From the NCBI GenBank assembly GCA_963831295.1, contig CAWHPR010000002.1, positions 319,964 through 383,963 of the forward strand: a DNA stretch of 64,000 nt, written 5' to 3'. Made by a program: the position numbers and the translations under genes. The stretch's first letter is position 1, and every line of letters starts with the position of its first letter. The DNA is from an uncultured Thermoleophilia bacterium (GTDB taxonomy: Bacteria > Actinomycetota > Thermoleophilia > UBA2241). The notes beneath the pieces are model-generated. The model saw only the letters and a program-made list of their open reading frames with translations. It had not been told where the DNA came from and searched no databases. Below are positions 21,401-30,636 of this stretch, piece by piece.

Positions 21401-21652
21401 GTGAAGCTGACGTACAAGGTCAAGGACGCCGCGCCCAACGCCGGGAAGGCCAAGGTGACCATCAAGATCAAGACGCTGGGCGGCAAGGTAGTGAAGAAGC
21501 TTCTGGTCGGCACCAAGAAGGTGAACGTCCTTCTGGCCTACCGCTGGCGCTGCACGCTGGCGAAGGGAACCTACCGCTTCTACGTCTACGCCACCGATTT
21601 GGCCGGCAACACACAGAGCTACGTCGGCAGGAACAAGCTGGTCGTGTACTGA
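18440..21652 (+). CDS. Secreted papain-family (C1) cysteine peptidase with lectin-like, YCF48/BNR beta-propeller and Ig-like domains
   Basis: Catalytic motifs RDQGIYGTCWAF, NHGVTLVGW, IVRNSWG. Repeats of GWxVGxxGxIxxTxDGGxxW. Lys-rich C-terminal domain. Confidence 0.9.
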   Translation: MLMRARRQRGGRRHETRLLLLSIALLLAVLAGCTAVVAPSAAATLELTADSSTTNIVGPAPSATGGHGTGLRPGPVDFSELQGVQVSPQMLTYAPSFDLRSLGRLTPVRDQGIYGTCWAFAAYGSLESSLLPGETWDFSEDNMVYFHGFDWDGYDGGNFEMATAYLVRWGGPFTEAQDAYADGVHPDPSSLTLQKHVQSVVMMPPRADSTANDDLKYALTTYGAVGTSMYWMSGALDTETGGYYYSGTATANHGVTLVGWDDSYSRTNFATQPPGDGAFIVRNSWGSTWGTTTGGTWGGDGYFYVSYYDAEFAYATSAVFTEAEPTDNYARVYQYDPLGYVSSLGFQDNPTAWFANRFTAAADEPLAAVGFYTPAPDATYEVYAGATLATKQLKASGTLSDFGYHTVQLDTPMDLTDGQSFAVAVKLTVPSFDGSWVAPIVVEIPVQKYSSKASAAAGQSYYSSNGSTWTDFTTFDPKGNVCLKAYTQGTGPMAPTVTAPNGGESWSLGSPQTITWTGGGDGTATIELSLDGGATYPVTIAADTTNDGSQPWVVDSDSTSLAKVRVTTATGADESDAVFAISGSPVEQGGWLAQLTGTALPLWDIAGWGEDRAYAAGDDGTIVGTVDAGDHWSAQPTPVTNDLRGVDFLDDAFGYAVGGSGRMLRTSNAGASWVKLASGASRVLNGIDVIDATRAAAAGREGIFRTSDGGATWRHQTSGLADVIWLRDVDFISPLRGWTVGYGGQIFSTTNAGGSWRQRTSGTSEHLEAVTFLTSKWGWAVGRNGVVLQTVDGGANWLSVGVPTDEDLWDVEFVGAELGWIVGDGGTVLKTVDGGVTWVAQDLGWAPTLRGVTMQSEGYGWAAGFDGTTLRFWPGSGGDDLLPPHTTATAVLDRWYNVAVPITLDATDPSGVARSEYRMDDGDWQTGGEVVTEAPLDGANDGYHRVDYRSVDTLDNTESFHSIEVRLDTQRPVTAAPYKERVARYNYVKLTYKVKDAAPNAGKAKVTIKIKTLGGKVVKKLLVGTKKVNVLLAYRWRCTLAKGTYRFYVYATDLAGNTQSYVGRNKLVVY

Positions 21653-21725
21653 GGCCGCCGTTTCGCCCTCCCCCCTCCCGAGCAGAACAGCAGCACACGG
21701 CAACGCACGCGGTGAAGGGGGATCA

Positions 21726-22190
21726 ATGGGCATGACCATCGTCCTCGGGTACGACGGGTCGGACTGCTCGAAACGCGCGCTCGGCACGACGGCCAAGCTG
21801 CTGCGGGGCATGCCCGACGCCCGCGTCGTCGTCGTGCAGGGCTATGAGATCTTCATGGGCTTCGTGCCACCCGGCATGACCGGCTCGACGTTCATGATGG
21901 CCGGCGAACTCGAGGCGCAGGTGCAGGCCTTCGAGGAGGCAGGCCGCCGGCACGTCGACGAGGCCAAGGCCGAGCTCGAGGCGGCGGGCATCGACGCGGA
22001 GACGGCGGTGAGCTCCGCGGGCGCGGTCCAGTCTCTGCTGCAGGCGGTCGAGGACTTCAAGGCCGACATGATCGTGATCGGCTCGCACGGCGAGGGCGCC
22101 CTCTCGGGCGCCATGATGGGCTCGACCGCCTATCGCATCCTGCATCGCAGTCCGGTGCCGGTCCTCGTGGTGCCGCTGCGACAGGATTGA
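21726..22190 (+). CDS. Universal stress protein (UspA family)
   Basis: IVLGYDGSDCSKRAL, MIVIGSHGEG, GSTAYRILHRSPVPVLVV. Confidence 0.93.
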   Translation: MGMTIVLGYDGSDCSKRALGTTAKLLRGMPDARVVVVQGYEIFMGFVPPGMTGSTFMMAGELEAQVQAFEEAGRRHVDEAKAELEAAGIDAETAVSSAGAVQSLLQAVEDFKADMIVIGSHGEGALSGAMMGSTAYRILHRSPVPVLVVPLRQD

Positions 22191-22552
22191 GTCCGCTCGG
22201 CGACCCCGGAACGCCGATGCGAATCCCTTGAAGGAACGCCGCAGGCGATGTCGAAATCAGCCTCCGGTACCCCCCTGAGGCGGCGGAGTCGTTGATCGGC
22301 CCGCCGCCTCCCCTTTGTCTCGAGAGCCTCGCATGACGGTCGGTCGTCGGTCGCCGCCCTGAGTCCCGCGACCGAACATCTGTCCGCCCCGTGCGCTATC
22401 GTGGTCGAGGACGCCGCCGCCGGCTGGCCCCGCGAGTGACCGCCGGGCGAGCGGGAGCTGGTCGCTGCAGATCTGCACTCCGGTCCGGCGGCGGCGTCCT
22501 CGACGACACATCCCCCGGGTCGCAAGACGGGGTCTACCAAGGGAGATGCAGC

Positions 22553-22789
22553 ATGGCGCAGCGAGTCGTGACACTGCCGGCCGGCGACGGGCTGGGCTGG
22601 GTCGTGCCCGCGCTCGAGCTTCTGCCCCACCGCACGCGCCCAGCCACGAGCGGCGCACTCGGAGAGCTCGGCAGGCGCTACCTGCGTGACCCCGACGATC
22701 TCGGCGCCGTCCTGCTCACGCGTCACGTCGCGGGCATCGTGGCCGGTCTGCTCGCCCAGCGCGAACTGCGGGGGTCCTGGCGCGACTGA
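22553..22789 (+). CDS. Small hypothetical protein
   Basis: 78 aa from ATG 22553, GGGAG upstream, GC3-rich codons, no recognised motif. Confidence 0.45.
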   Translation: MAQRVVTLPAGDGLGWVVPALELLPHRTRPATSGALGELGRRYLRDPDDLGAVLLTRHVAGIVAGLLAQRELRGSWRD

Positions 22790-22828
22790 AGGTCGCCGCA
22801 ATGGACCGCGGCCCGAAGGTGAGCGGCC

Positions 22829-23731
22829 TCAGTACACCTCGGGTATGAACGTCTGCGACGCGATGGGTGGGCGCACGTAGCCCTTGTCCGTCGGCCGCGC
22901 GGACAGCGCGAGGTCGTGCGGCAGCACGTCCTCGTAGGGGATCCTGCCCAGCAGGTGGTGGATCATGTTGAGTCGTGCGCGCCGCTTGTCGTCGGCGTTC
23001 ACGACCCACCACGGCGAATCCCTCGTGTCGGTGTAGGCGAACATCTCGTCCTTCGCCTGCGAGTACTCGACCCAGCGATGCCGGCTCTCGAGATCCATCG
23101 GGCTGAGCTTCCACGTCTTCAGGGGGTTCTTCAGCCGCTGCTGGAAGCGCTTCTCCTGCTCCTCGTCGCTGACGCTGAACCAGTACTTCAGCAGGATGAG
23201 TCCGTCGCGGATCAGCATGCGCTCGAACTCCGGGCAGGTCCGGAAGAACTCCCACACCTGGTCCTCGGTCGCGAACCCCATGACACGCTCGACGCCGGCA
23301 CGGTTGTACCAGCTCCGGTCGAAGAGCACGATCTCGCCGGCGGCCGGCAGTTCGGCCACGTACCGCTGGAAGTACCACTCGGTCTTCTCGCGGTCGCTCG
23401 GCGCCGCCAGGGCGGCGATGCGTACCACGCGGGGGTTGAGGTGCTCGGTGATGCGCTTGATCGTGCCACCCTTGCCTGCGGCGTCGCGACCCTCGAAGAC
23501 GACCGCGACGCGACGGCCCTCCTTCTTGACCCACTCCTGCAGCTTCACGAGCTCGATCTGCAGCTTCACGAGCTCACGCTCGTAGGCCTCGCGATCGAGC
23601 TTCCTCCGCGCCGACGCCTTGTCCGTGGTGGGCGGCGTGCCCGCACCGGCCCGTCGAGCGGCCACGATGTCCGCGGCCTCGGCCGGCGGCGGCGCGGTCT
23701 CTCTCTTCTTCTTGTCCTTCTCCTCAGCCAT
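22829..23731 (-). CDS. ppk2: Polyphosphate kinase 2
   Basis: FEGRDAAGKGG, FDRSWYNRAGVERVMG, WKLSPMD, NADDKRRARLN. Start at MAEEKDK. Confidence 0.95.
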   Translation of the reverse strand: MAEEKDKKKRETAPPPAEAADIVAARRAGAGTPPTTDKASARRKLDREAYERELVKLQIELVKLQEWVKKEGRRVAVVFEGRDAAGKGGTIKRITEHLNPRVVRIAALAAPSDREKTEWYFQRYVAELPAAGEIVLFDRSWYNRAGVERVMGFATEDQVWEFFRTCPEFERMLIRDGLILLKYWFSVSDEEQEKRFQQRLKNPLKTWKLSPMDLESRHRWVEYSQAKDEMFAYTDTRDSPWWVVNADDKRRARLNMIHHLLGRIPYEDVLPHDLALSARPTDKGYVRPPIASQTFIPEVY

Positions 23732-23809
23732 CGTCCACCCCCGGTGCCCGATCCTCAGCATCATAGTCGACATCGACACGCGGCGAAGGCCGGCGCCCGT
23801 GGTCGCGCG

Positions 23810-24535
23810 CTACCGGCGCTCGGCCCCGGGGGCTCGGCGGTCATCGTCGCGAGACCGCGACGTGAGCACGGCGAGCAACTCCTCCGGCGTGGCGACGACC
23901 CGCGAGGCGCCGGCCGCGAGCAGGGCCTCCGGCCCGTGCCAGCCCCACCCCACCGCGACCGGTGTGACTCCGGCCTCGCGCGCCTCGCGCATGTCGCCGG
24001 CCGTGTCCCCGACGAAGAAGTAGACCGCCTGCCGCGGGTAGCGTTGCCTCAAGAGCCCGATCTTCTCCGTCTTGCTGTGCCCGCTCTCGACACCGGCGAT
24101 CGCCGTGACGCCCTCGACGTGGTTCTCGGCGAGGAACCGGCGGACAAGAGGTTCGCTGTTGGACGTGACGATCACCACATCGCCCAGCTCGCCGAGCCGC
24201 GCCAGCACCTCCGGCATCCCCACGAACGGCTTCATTCGGGACAGATCGCGCTCGAGTACGCGCCCCGCCGTCTTCAGCGCCCGCGCGACGGCCTGCTCGC
24301 CGGCGCCGATGGCGCGGAAGCTCTCGTACACGTTGCCGGCGAAGAGCGCGACAACGTCGTCGACGGTCCGCACGGGGGCGATCCCATGCTCCGCACACGC
24401 GGCGATCAGGGCGAAGGCGAAGACCTCGAGTGAGTCGACCACGACACCGTCGAAGTCGAACATCACGACCTCGCGATACCGCTCCCCCTTCGCGGCGAGC
24501 GGCGGGCGAGGCGCCGGCGGCGGGAACGATGTCAT
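23810..24535 (-). CDS. HAD-superfamily phosphatase (Gph-like)
   Basis: MFDFDGVVVDS (motif I), VIVTSN, FVGDTAGDM, VGWGWH. Confidence 0.88.
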   Translation of the reverse strand: MTSFPPPAPRPPLAAKGERYREVVMFDFDGVVVDSLEVFAFALIAACAEHGIAPVRTVDDVVALFAGNVYESFRAIGAGEQAVARALKTAGRVLERDLSRMKPFVGMPEVLARLGELGDVVIVTSNSEPLVRRFLAENHVEGVTAIAGVESGHSKTEKIGLLRQRYPRQAVYFFVGDTAGDMREAREAGVTPVAVGWGWHGPEALLAAGASRVVATPEELLAVLTSRSRDDDRRAPGAERR

Positions 24536-24593
24536 CGCCCCCGCCGCCTTCCGCGCGCCCGAGGGGACTTCGAGTCTCCGGCAGATGAACGGC

Positions 24594-26015
24594 TCAGGAG
24601 GCCGACGTCTTGCCCGAGACCAGACCGGTCTTCTTCTTGAACTGCTCGACGCAGTTGATCTCGATGTCGAGCAGTTCGGCGATGCGCACCTTCGCGGCTA
24701 TGCCCTTCGCGATGCCCGGGACGCCCGTGATCGTGCCGATGTCAAGCTCTTCCCTGACACCTCGCATCATGGTCGGATCGGACAGGTCGAGCGCTGTCAC
24801 GTGAAGCTTGTCGGCCACGTACCTCTTGGCGTCGTCGATCCTCATCTTCTTGTTGAGCTGCATCCTCGCCACTAGATCTCCAGCGGCCCGGATGCCACCC
24901 ATCGATGAGGCCAGCAGATGCGCCAGGTGCATGCCGGCAGGGTCACCCGTACCCACCTACAACCCGTCGGCCTTGCCGATCTCGATCATGGCGGCGCTGC
25001 AGCGCGTGACGACGTCGACGGCGGGCGTCTCGAACATCGGCACGCCCCCGACGCCCATGCCGACGTTCGGATGCACCGGGATCTTGGCGATCTGGGTGCA
25101 GGCCTTCACGAAGGTCAGCGCGCGGGCGAGGTTCCACGGGACCGTCTTCCTGGTGTTGGTGTTGCAGACGGGGCCGAAGATCGCACAGCCCGCCTGTTCA
25201 CACAGATCGAGCTGCTGATGTGGCCAGAGGCCGGCGAGCCGGACGCCGTTGTACTCGAGCTCGCCGTGGAAGCCGAGGACCATCTCGGACGACATGCCGA
25301 TCTCGACCGGCAGGCCCGTCTCCTTGGCGACGTGCTCGGTGGTCTTGAGGACGGCCAGGAACTCGGCGTCGCCGGTCGAGGCGACCGTGTCGTAGTCGAT
25401 GCCGTCGGCGCCCATCGCGACCATGCAGTCGCTCATCTCGACGCAGTCCTCGAGGCAAGCCTCGAGGGCCTCCTCCTGCGTGCGGCGCGCCTCGTCGATC
25501 TTGCCCAGGGGCAGCAGGTCCGAGGGGTTCTCGAAGGAGCCGTCGGGCCGGTAGTAGAGGCCGAGGTTCGGCATGAAGCCGTAGAGCAGCGGGAAGATCG
25601 TCACCTCCTGGAGGATCTCCATGTGCAGCATCTCGAGCGCCTTGAGGAAGCGCTGCGGCTTCACCGAGTAGTCGTTGTGCGAGACCTCCATCGAGTCGAA
25701 GCCGAGCATCGACTCGAAGAGGCGCACGCCCACCTCGCGGTTGACCGGCGCGACGACCCCGCTCGACATGCGCGAGGAGTTGAGCGCGTTGACGCAGCCG
25801 TCCTTGGTCATCACGACCTCGTTGCCGCGCTGCACGCCCCAGAGTCGTGTCGGCGCCGAGAACATGTCGACGAGGAAGTCGATCTCGTTCTCGGTCAGCG
25901 TCGGGATCTTGGCCTTGACCGCGGCCGCCTCGGACCCCGTCACGAACTCGCTTCTCAGCTCGTCCGGGGTGAGCTCGACGTTCGAGGCGTCGCCCATCCT
26001 GGTCAGTATCTTCAT
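24594..26015 (-). CDS. mtbB: Dimethylamine:corrinoid methyltransferase with in-frame TAG (predicted pyrrolysine, codon 353), 473 aa by readthrough
   Basis: MKILTRMGD...[13 protein letters not shown]...EIGKADGL-[TAG 24957-24959][13 protein letters not shown]...[14 protein letters not shown]...REELDIG...AKGIAAK. From memory this matches the Methanosarcina MtbB pattern DGI-O-IGVGDP. Confidence 0.92.
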
Positions 26016-26074
26016 ACTCGGTGACCTCCGCAGTGTCACTCGTTGACGACCGTCCGTCTCGGACAGGTCTGAAT

Positions 26075-28129
26075 CTAGCGGTTCAGCGCCGCCCTGGCAC
26101 GCTCGTAGACGTTGTCGGCGGTGAAGCCGAAACGCTCGAAGAGGATGCCGGCCGGGGCCGAGGCGCCGTAGTGATCGAGGCCGATGACGTCGCCCTCGTC
26201 GCCGACCCAGCGCTCCCAGCCGAACGTGACGCCCGCTTCGACGGCCAGTCGCCGGCGGCAGGCGCGCGGCAGAACGCTCTCGTGGTAGACCGCGTCCTGG
26301 CGCCCGAAGAGCTGCCACGAGGCCATGTTGACGACGCGCGAACGCACGCCCTCGGCCGCGAGGCGCTCGTGCGCCTCGAGCACGGGCGCGACCTCGCTGC
26401 CGCTCCCGATGAGGATCAGCTCGGGTACGGCATCGGCGACGGCGTCGGCGAGCACGTAGGCGCCGCGGGCGACACCGTCCGCCGGCCCGTACTTGCCTCG
26501 ATCGATGGTAGGCAGGTTCTGGCGCGTCAACATGAGCCCGACCGGGCCGTCGGCGTGCGTCACGGCGATCTTCCACGCCTCGACGGTCTCGTTGGCGTCG
26601 GCCGGACGCAGCTCGACCCAGTTCGGCGTGGCCCGCAGGATGGCGAGGTGCTCGACCGGCTGGTGGGTGGGCCCGTCCTCGCCGACACCGATGCTGTCGT
26701 GCGTCAGCACGTAGGTGACGGGCAGCCCCATCAGCGCCGCGAGGCGCATCGCCGGCCGCATGTAGTCGACGAAGACGAAGAAGGTGGCCACGTACGGGCG
26801 TATGCCGCCGTGCAGCGCGAGCCCGTTGCCGATCGAGGCCATGGCGTGCTCGCGGACCCCGAAGTGGAAGTTGCGCCCGGCGGGCGTGGCCGCCTGCTGG
26901 GCCGGCGCGTCCTTGATGACGGTGTTGTTCGAGGGCGCGAGGTCGGCCGAGCCGCCCATGAGGGTGGGCAGATGTGGCGCGAGCGCGTTGATCGTCTTGC
27001 CCGACGCCGCCCGCGTCGCCACGGCGCCGTCGGCGGGGTCGAAGACCGGCAGGTCGGCATCCCAGCCGTCTGGGAGCTTGCCGCTCCAGGCGGCGTCCCA
27101 GCTCGCGGAGCGGCCGGCATCGGCCGCGCTCCATGCCGCGTGACGCTCGCGCCACGCGGCGTGCACGGCCGCACCGCGCTCGGCGGCGGCCGCGTAGAAC
27201 GCCTTCACGTCGTCGGGCACGAGGAAGTCGGGCTCGAGCGGCCAGCCCAGGTTCTGCTTGGTCAGCACGACCTCGTCGGGGCCGAGCGGAGCGCCGTGAG
27301 CGCCGGCCGAGTCCTGCTTGTGAGGCGAGCCGAAGCCGATATGCGTGCGCACCGCGACGAACGACGGCTTGCCGGTCTCGGCCTTCGCAGCGGTGATGGC
27401 GGCGTCGATCGCCTCGACGTCGTTGCCGTCGGCGACCTTCTGCACGTGCCAGCCGTACGCCGCGAAGCGCGCGCAGACGTCCTCGGTGAAGGCGAGGTCG
27501 GTGGGACCGTCGATCGTGATGTGGTTGTCGTCGTAGAGGACGACGAGCTTGCCCAGCTTCTGGTGACCGGCGAACGATGCGGCCTCGCCGCTGATGCCCT
27601 CCATCATGTCGCCGTCGCCGGCGAGGACGTAGGTGAAGTGGTCCATCACGCCGGGGCCGTCGCCGTTGAACGCTGCGCCGAGGAAGCGCTCGGCGACGGC
27701 CATGCCGACGGCGTTGGCGAATCCCTGGCCCAGCGGACCGGTCGTGGTCTCGACGCCGGCGGTGTGCCCGTACTCGGGATGACCCGGCGTCTTGCTGCCC
27801 CACTGGCGGAAGGCCTTGAGGTCGTCGATCGAGAGGTCGTAGCCGGTGAGGTGGAGCAGGGAGTAGAGGAGCATGCTGGCATGGCCTGCCGAGAGCACGA
27901 AGCGGTCGCGGTCAGGCCACGCCGGGCCGGAAGGGTCGAAGCGCAGGTGGCGCGTGAACAAGGTGTGCGCCACAGCTGCGGCGCCCATGGGCATGCCGGG
28001 GTGACCGGACTTGGCCTTCTGCACGCCGTCCACCGCGAGAAAGCGGATGGTGTCGATGCAACGATCCTCGAGGGCTTTGGTGCCTGCGTGGCGCTCTTCG
28101 AAGGTCCCGGCGCTCGCGTCTGGGCTCAC
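26075..28129 (-). CDS. tkt: Transketolase
   Basis: [27 protein letters not shown] motif GDGDMMEG...[19 protein letters not shown]. Confidence 0.97.
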   Translation of the reverse strand: MSPDASAGTFEERHAGTKALEDRCIDTIRFLAVDGVQKAKSGHPGMPMGAAAVAHTLFTRHLRFDPSGPAWPDRDRFVLSAGHASMLLYSLLHLTGYDLSIDDLKAFRQWGSKTPGHPEYGHTAGVETTTGPLGQGFANAVGMAVAERFLGAAFNGDGPGVMDHFTYVLAGDGDMMEGISGEAASFAGHQKLGKLVVLYDDNHITIDGPTDLAFTEDVCARFAAYGWHVQKVADGNDVEAIDAAITAAKAETGKPSFVAVRTHIGFGSPHKQDSAGAHGAPLGPDEVVLTKQNLGWPLEPDFLVPDDVKAFYAAAAERGAAVHAAWRERHAAWSAADAGRSASWDAAWSGKLPDGWDADLPVFDPADGAVATRAASGKTINALAPHLPTLMGGSADLAPSNNTVIKDAPAQQAATPAGRNFHFGVREHAMASIGNGLALHGGIRPYVATFFVFVDYMRPAMRLAALMGLPVTYVLTHDSIGVGEDGPTHQPVEHLAILRATPNWVELRPADANETVEAWKIAVTHADGPVGLMLTRQNLPTIDRGKYGPADGVARGAYVLADAVADAVPELILIGSGSEVAPVLEAHERLAAEGVRSRVVNMASWQLFGRQDAVYHESVLPRACRRRLAVEAGVTFGWERWVGDEGDVIGLDHYGASAPAGILFERFGFTADNVYERARAALNR

Positions 28130-28230
28130 GTGCGTCCTTTCATTCGCGGTCTGCGGCGGCGGCCGCCGCCCTCCCCATTCGCGGCGAGAGGGCGGCGGAC
28201 CTGCGAGGTCTGATCAGTGCCGGGCGCGCC

Positions 28231-29355
28231 TCACACGGCCGACGCCGGACGCTCGTCGGCGCCGTGAGCCTCGCCGAAGTAGGCGCGCACGAAGCGCACG
28301 AAGCGCCCGCACTCCTCGGGAGTGCCCGGGGTGACGCGGAAGTAGCCCTCCCTGCCGTTGATCGGCTTGATCGTCTTGAGGAAGATCTTCTCCATGTCCA
28401 TGGCCGCCCGGACGATCTCGGCGCTGGTCTTGCCGGTGACGCCGGCGTCGATGAGCATGTAGTTGCCGTGAGCCGGGAAGGGCTTGAGGCCGACGGCCTC
28501 GAGCTCCTTGGCGAAGACGTCCATCCAGTCGTTGTTGTACTCGACCTTCTTCGTGACCTCGCCACTGTCGAGGATCGCCTCGGCGGCGGCGATCGCCATG
28601 AGGTTCAGGTTCCACGGCAGGTACATGAGGTTGAAGGCCTCGACGAGCTCGGGAGAACCGACGACGTACCCGAAGCGGACCCCGGCGAGGCCGAAGGCCT
28701 TCGAGAAGGTGTGCGAGAGGAACACGTGCGGGTACTTCTTGACGAAGTCGACCTTGGCCGCGACCTGCGGGTGGTAGTCGAGGTACGCCTCGTCGATGCA
28801 GAGCGGGATGCCGAGCTCGCAGAACCTGGTGAGATCGGCGTCGTCGATGAAGATCCCGGTCGGGTTGTTGGGGTTGATGATGAGGATGACCTTGGTCTTG
28901 TCGTTGACCGCCGCCAGCATCCCCTCGACGTCGTACTGCAGGTCCTCTTCGCGCAGCGGGATCTGCACGGTCTTGGCGCCGCAGAGACCGGCGCGCGAGG
29001 GGAACATCTCGAACGTCGGGTTGGAGCAGAGGAACTCGTCGCCGGGCTGCAGGAAGATGCGCATCATCGCGTCGATGGTCTCCGACGACCCATTCGCCAG
29101 AGCGATGTTCTCGGCGGCCACGCCGTGCAGCGCGCCGAGCTTGGCGCGCAGCCGGTAGGCACGGTCGGGGTAGCGGTTGCCCCGCTTCGCCATGTCGACG
29201 ATCGCCTCGACGACCTGGTCCGACGGCGGCACAGGGTTCTCGTTGAGCATCATACGACCGCACTCGGGCTGCGCCCACGCCTTGTCGAGGATGGACGTGT
29301 TGTACTCAGGGGCGGTGAGGAGCCACGGCACGAACCTGTCTTTGATGTCGGTCAT
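28231..29355 (-). CDS. Class I/II PLP aminotransferase (HisC-like, substrate uncertain)
   Basis: LNENP, NRYP, NGSSE, NPNNPTG, DEAY, PLP-lysine motif TFSKAFGLAGVRFGY. Start at MTDIKD. Confidence 0.85.
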   Translation of the reverse strand: MTDIKDRFVPWLLTAPEYNTSILDKAWAQPECGRMMLNENPVPPSDQVVEAIVDMAKRGNRYPDRAYRLRAKLGALHGVAAENIALANGSSETIDAMMRIFLQPGDEFLCSNPTFEMFPSRAGLCGAKTVQIPLREEDLQYDVEGMLAAVNDKTKVILIINPNNPTGIFIDDADLTRFCELGIPLCIDEAYLDYHPQVAAKVDFVKKYPHVFLSHTFSKAFGLAGVRFGYVVGSPELVEAFNLMYLPWNLNLMAIAAAEAILDSGEVTKKVEYNNDWMDVFAKELEAVGLKPFPAHGNYMLIDAGVTGKTSAEIVRAAMDMEKIFLKTIKPINGREGYFRVTPGTPEECGRFVRFVRAYFGEAHGADERPASAV

Positions 29356-29380
29356 TCTCGCTGTCCTTTCGTCGCGGCGA

Positions 29381-30580
29381 TCAGGCGTCTGCGAGGCAGC
29401 TGCCCGCGAACGCGACCATCTCGTTGGTGGCCTTGGAGAAGGCATCCGCCGTCTTCACGAGCGCCGGATGGGTGTTGTATTCGTCGCGCGTGTAGCCGTC
29501 CTCTTCGTAGGCGCGCTCGAAGTACGGGATCCGCATGAGCTTGTCCATGACTTCCTTGGGCGGATCGACGGAGATGCGGTCCGCCTGGAAGGTGATGTCG
29601 TCGGCCGTCGGGAAGTTGATGAGCTCGTCGATGAGGCTCGGAGGGCAGGTGACCACGATGTCGGCTCCAGCCTTCTCCTCGAGGTGCCAGATCTTCGTCT
29701 TGCCGTCGACGACTGGCCCGAGGCGCAGGGAGCAGGAGAGCATCTTGCTCTGATAGCCGCCGTCCTTGACGAGACGGTACGCCTTCTTGAAGATGGCCAG
29801 CTCGGCCATGCGGACGTCGCCCTCGGTCACCTCGATGCCCTTCTCCTTGCCGGCCTCACGCAGACCACCGAGGTCGCCGTAGCGGGCCTCCATGTGCGTG
29901 ATCACCGAGCGCCACTTCGAGAGGTCGACGCCATCGGCCTTGGCCTTCTCGAGACCGCGCTTCACGGTCTTCGCGCAGTCCATGAGCTGCGGCAGGATGA
30001 AGGTGAGGGTGTTGTTGGTGGCGATCCCCTTGGCGGTGAGAGCCTCGATGACGTCGTAGCCCTCCTTCGTGCCGGGCACCTTGATCATCACGTTGGGGTT
30101 GATGGTGTGGATCTCGAGCGCCTGCGCGAGCATGGCGTCCTTGTCGAAGCAGCTCCGCGGATCGACCTGGCCGGAGAGGAAGCCTTCCTTGTGGCCGGAT
30201 GCCTCGAACAGGGGGAGGAACAGGTCGGAGCCCTGCTTGACGACCTGCTTGTACATCTGCCAGAAGAGGCCCTCGGTGTCGAGCCCGCCGGCCTCCTTGA
30301 GGATCTTCTCCGCCTCAGCCTTCCAGCGTGGCGGATCGTCCTGGATGGCCTGCAGCGACAGCGGGGGGTTGGTCGTGACGCCGCGGAAGAGCTGGCTCAT
30401 CGGATCGTCGGCGTTGTACATCCGCGCGAACTGGGCCTTGAGGACCTCGCGGTCGCCGGGGTCGGCTTTGGCGAGCATCTTCTTGTACCAGTTGTCGAGG
30501 ATGACCGGCGACGAGTCCCACCAGATCTCCATGCCGGGGCTGACGGCGACCAGGTCCTCCAACATGTTGCGTTCGTGCAT
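29381..30580 (-). CDS. tal: Transaldolase-family protein
   Basis: GVTTNP, SGQVDP, Schiff-base VMIKVPGT, NNTLTF. Confidence 0.85.
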   Translation of the reverse strand: MHERNMLEDLVAVSPGMEIWWDSSPVILDNWYKKMLAKADPGDREVLKAQFARMYNADDPMSQLFRGVTTNPPLSLQAIQDDPPRWKAEAEKILKEAGGLDTEGLFWQMYKQVVKQGSDLFLPLFEASGHKEGFLSGQVDPRSCFDKDAMLAQALEIHTINPNVMIKVPGTKEGYDVIEALTAKGIATNNTLTFILPQLMDCAKTVKRGLEKAKADGVDLSKWRSVITHMEARYGDLGGLREAGKEKGIEVTEGDVRMAELAIFKKAYRLVKDGGYQSKMLSCSLRLGPVVDGKTKIWHLEEKAGADIVVTCPPSLIDELINFPTADDITFQADRISVDPPKEVMDKLMRIPYFERAYEEDGYTRDEYNTHPALVKTADAFSKATNEMVAFAGSCLADA

Positions 30581-30636
30581 CTCTCCCCCTTAGGGATCGT
30601 TTCGACGGATTCAGGTCTGCGAACGGTCGGCCTCGC

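Noticed and set aside
22190-22550. Intergenic GCGAATCCCTTGAAGGAAC resembling a riboswitch 5' end
   Set aside because: The rest of the consensus is absent and the downstream gene gives no support.
24957-27803. 948-aa ORF in the track
   Set aside because: Its N-terminal roughly 596 codons are an Arg-rich off-frame shadow of tkt. The real gene starts at ATG 26015 and continues through the TAG.
28231-29355. Calling the aminotransferase a housekeeping hisC
   Set aside because: There are no his genes nearby, the N-terminus is divergent, and it sits inside a catabolic DeoR operon, so no symbol was assigned.
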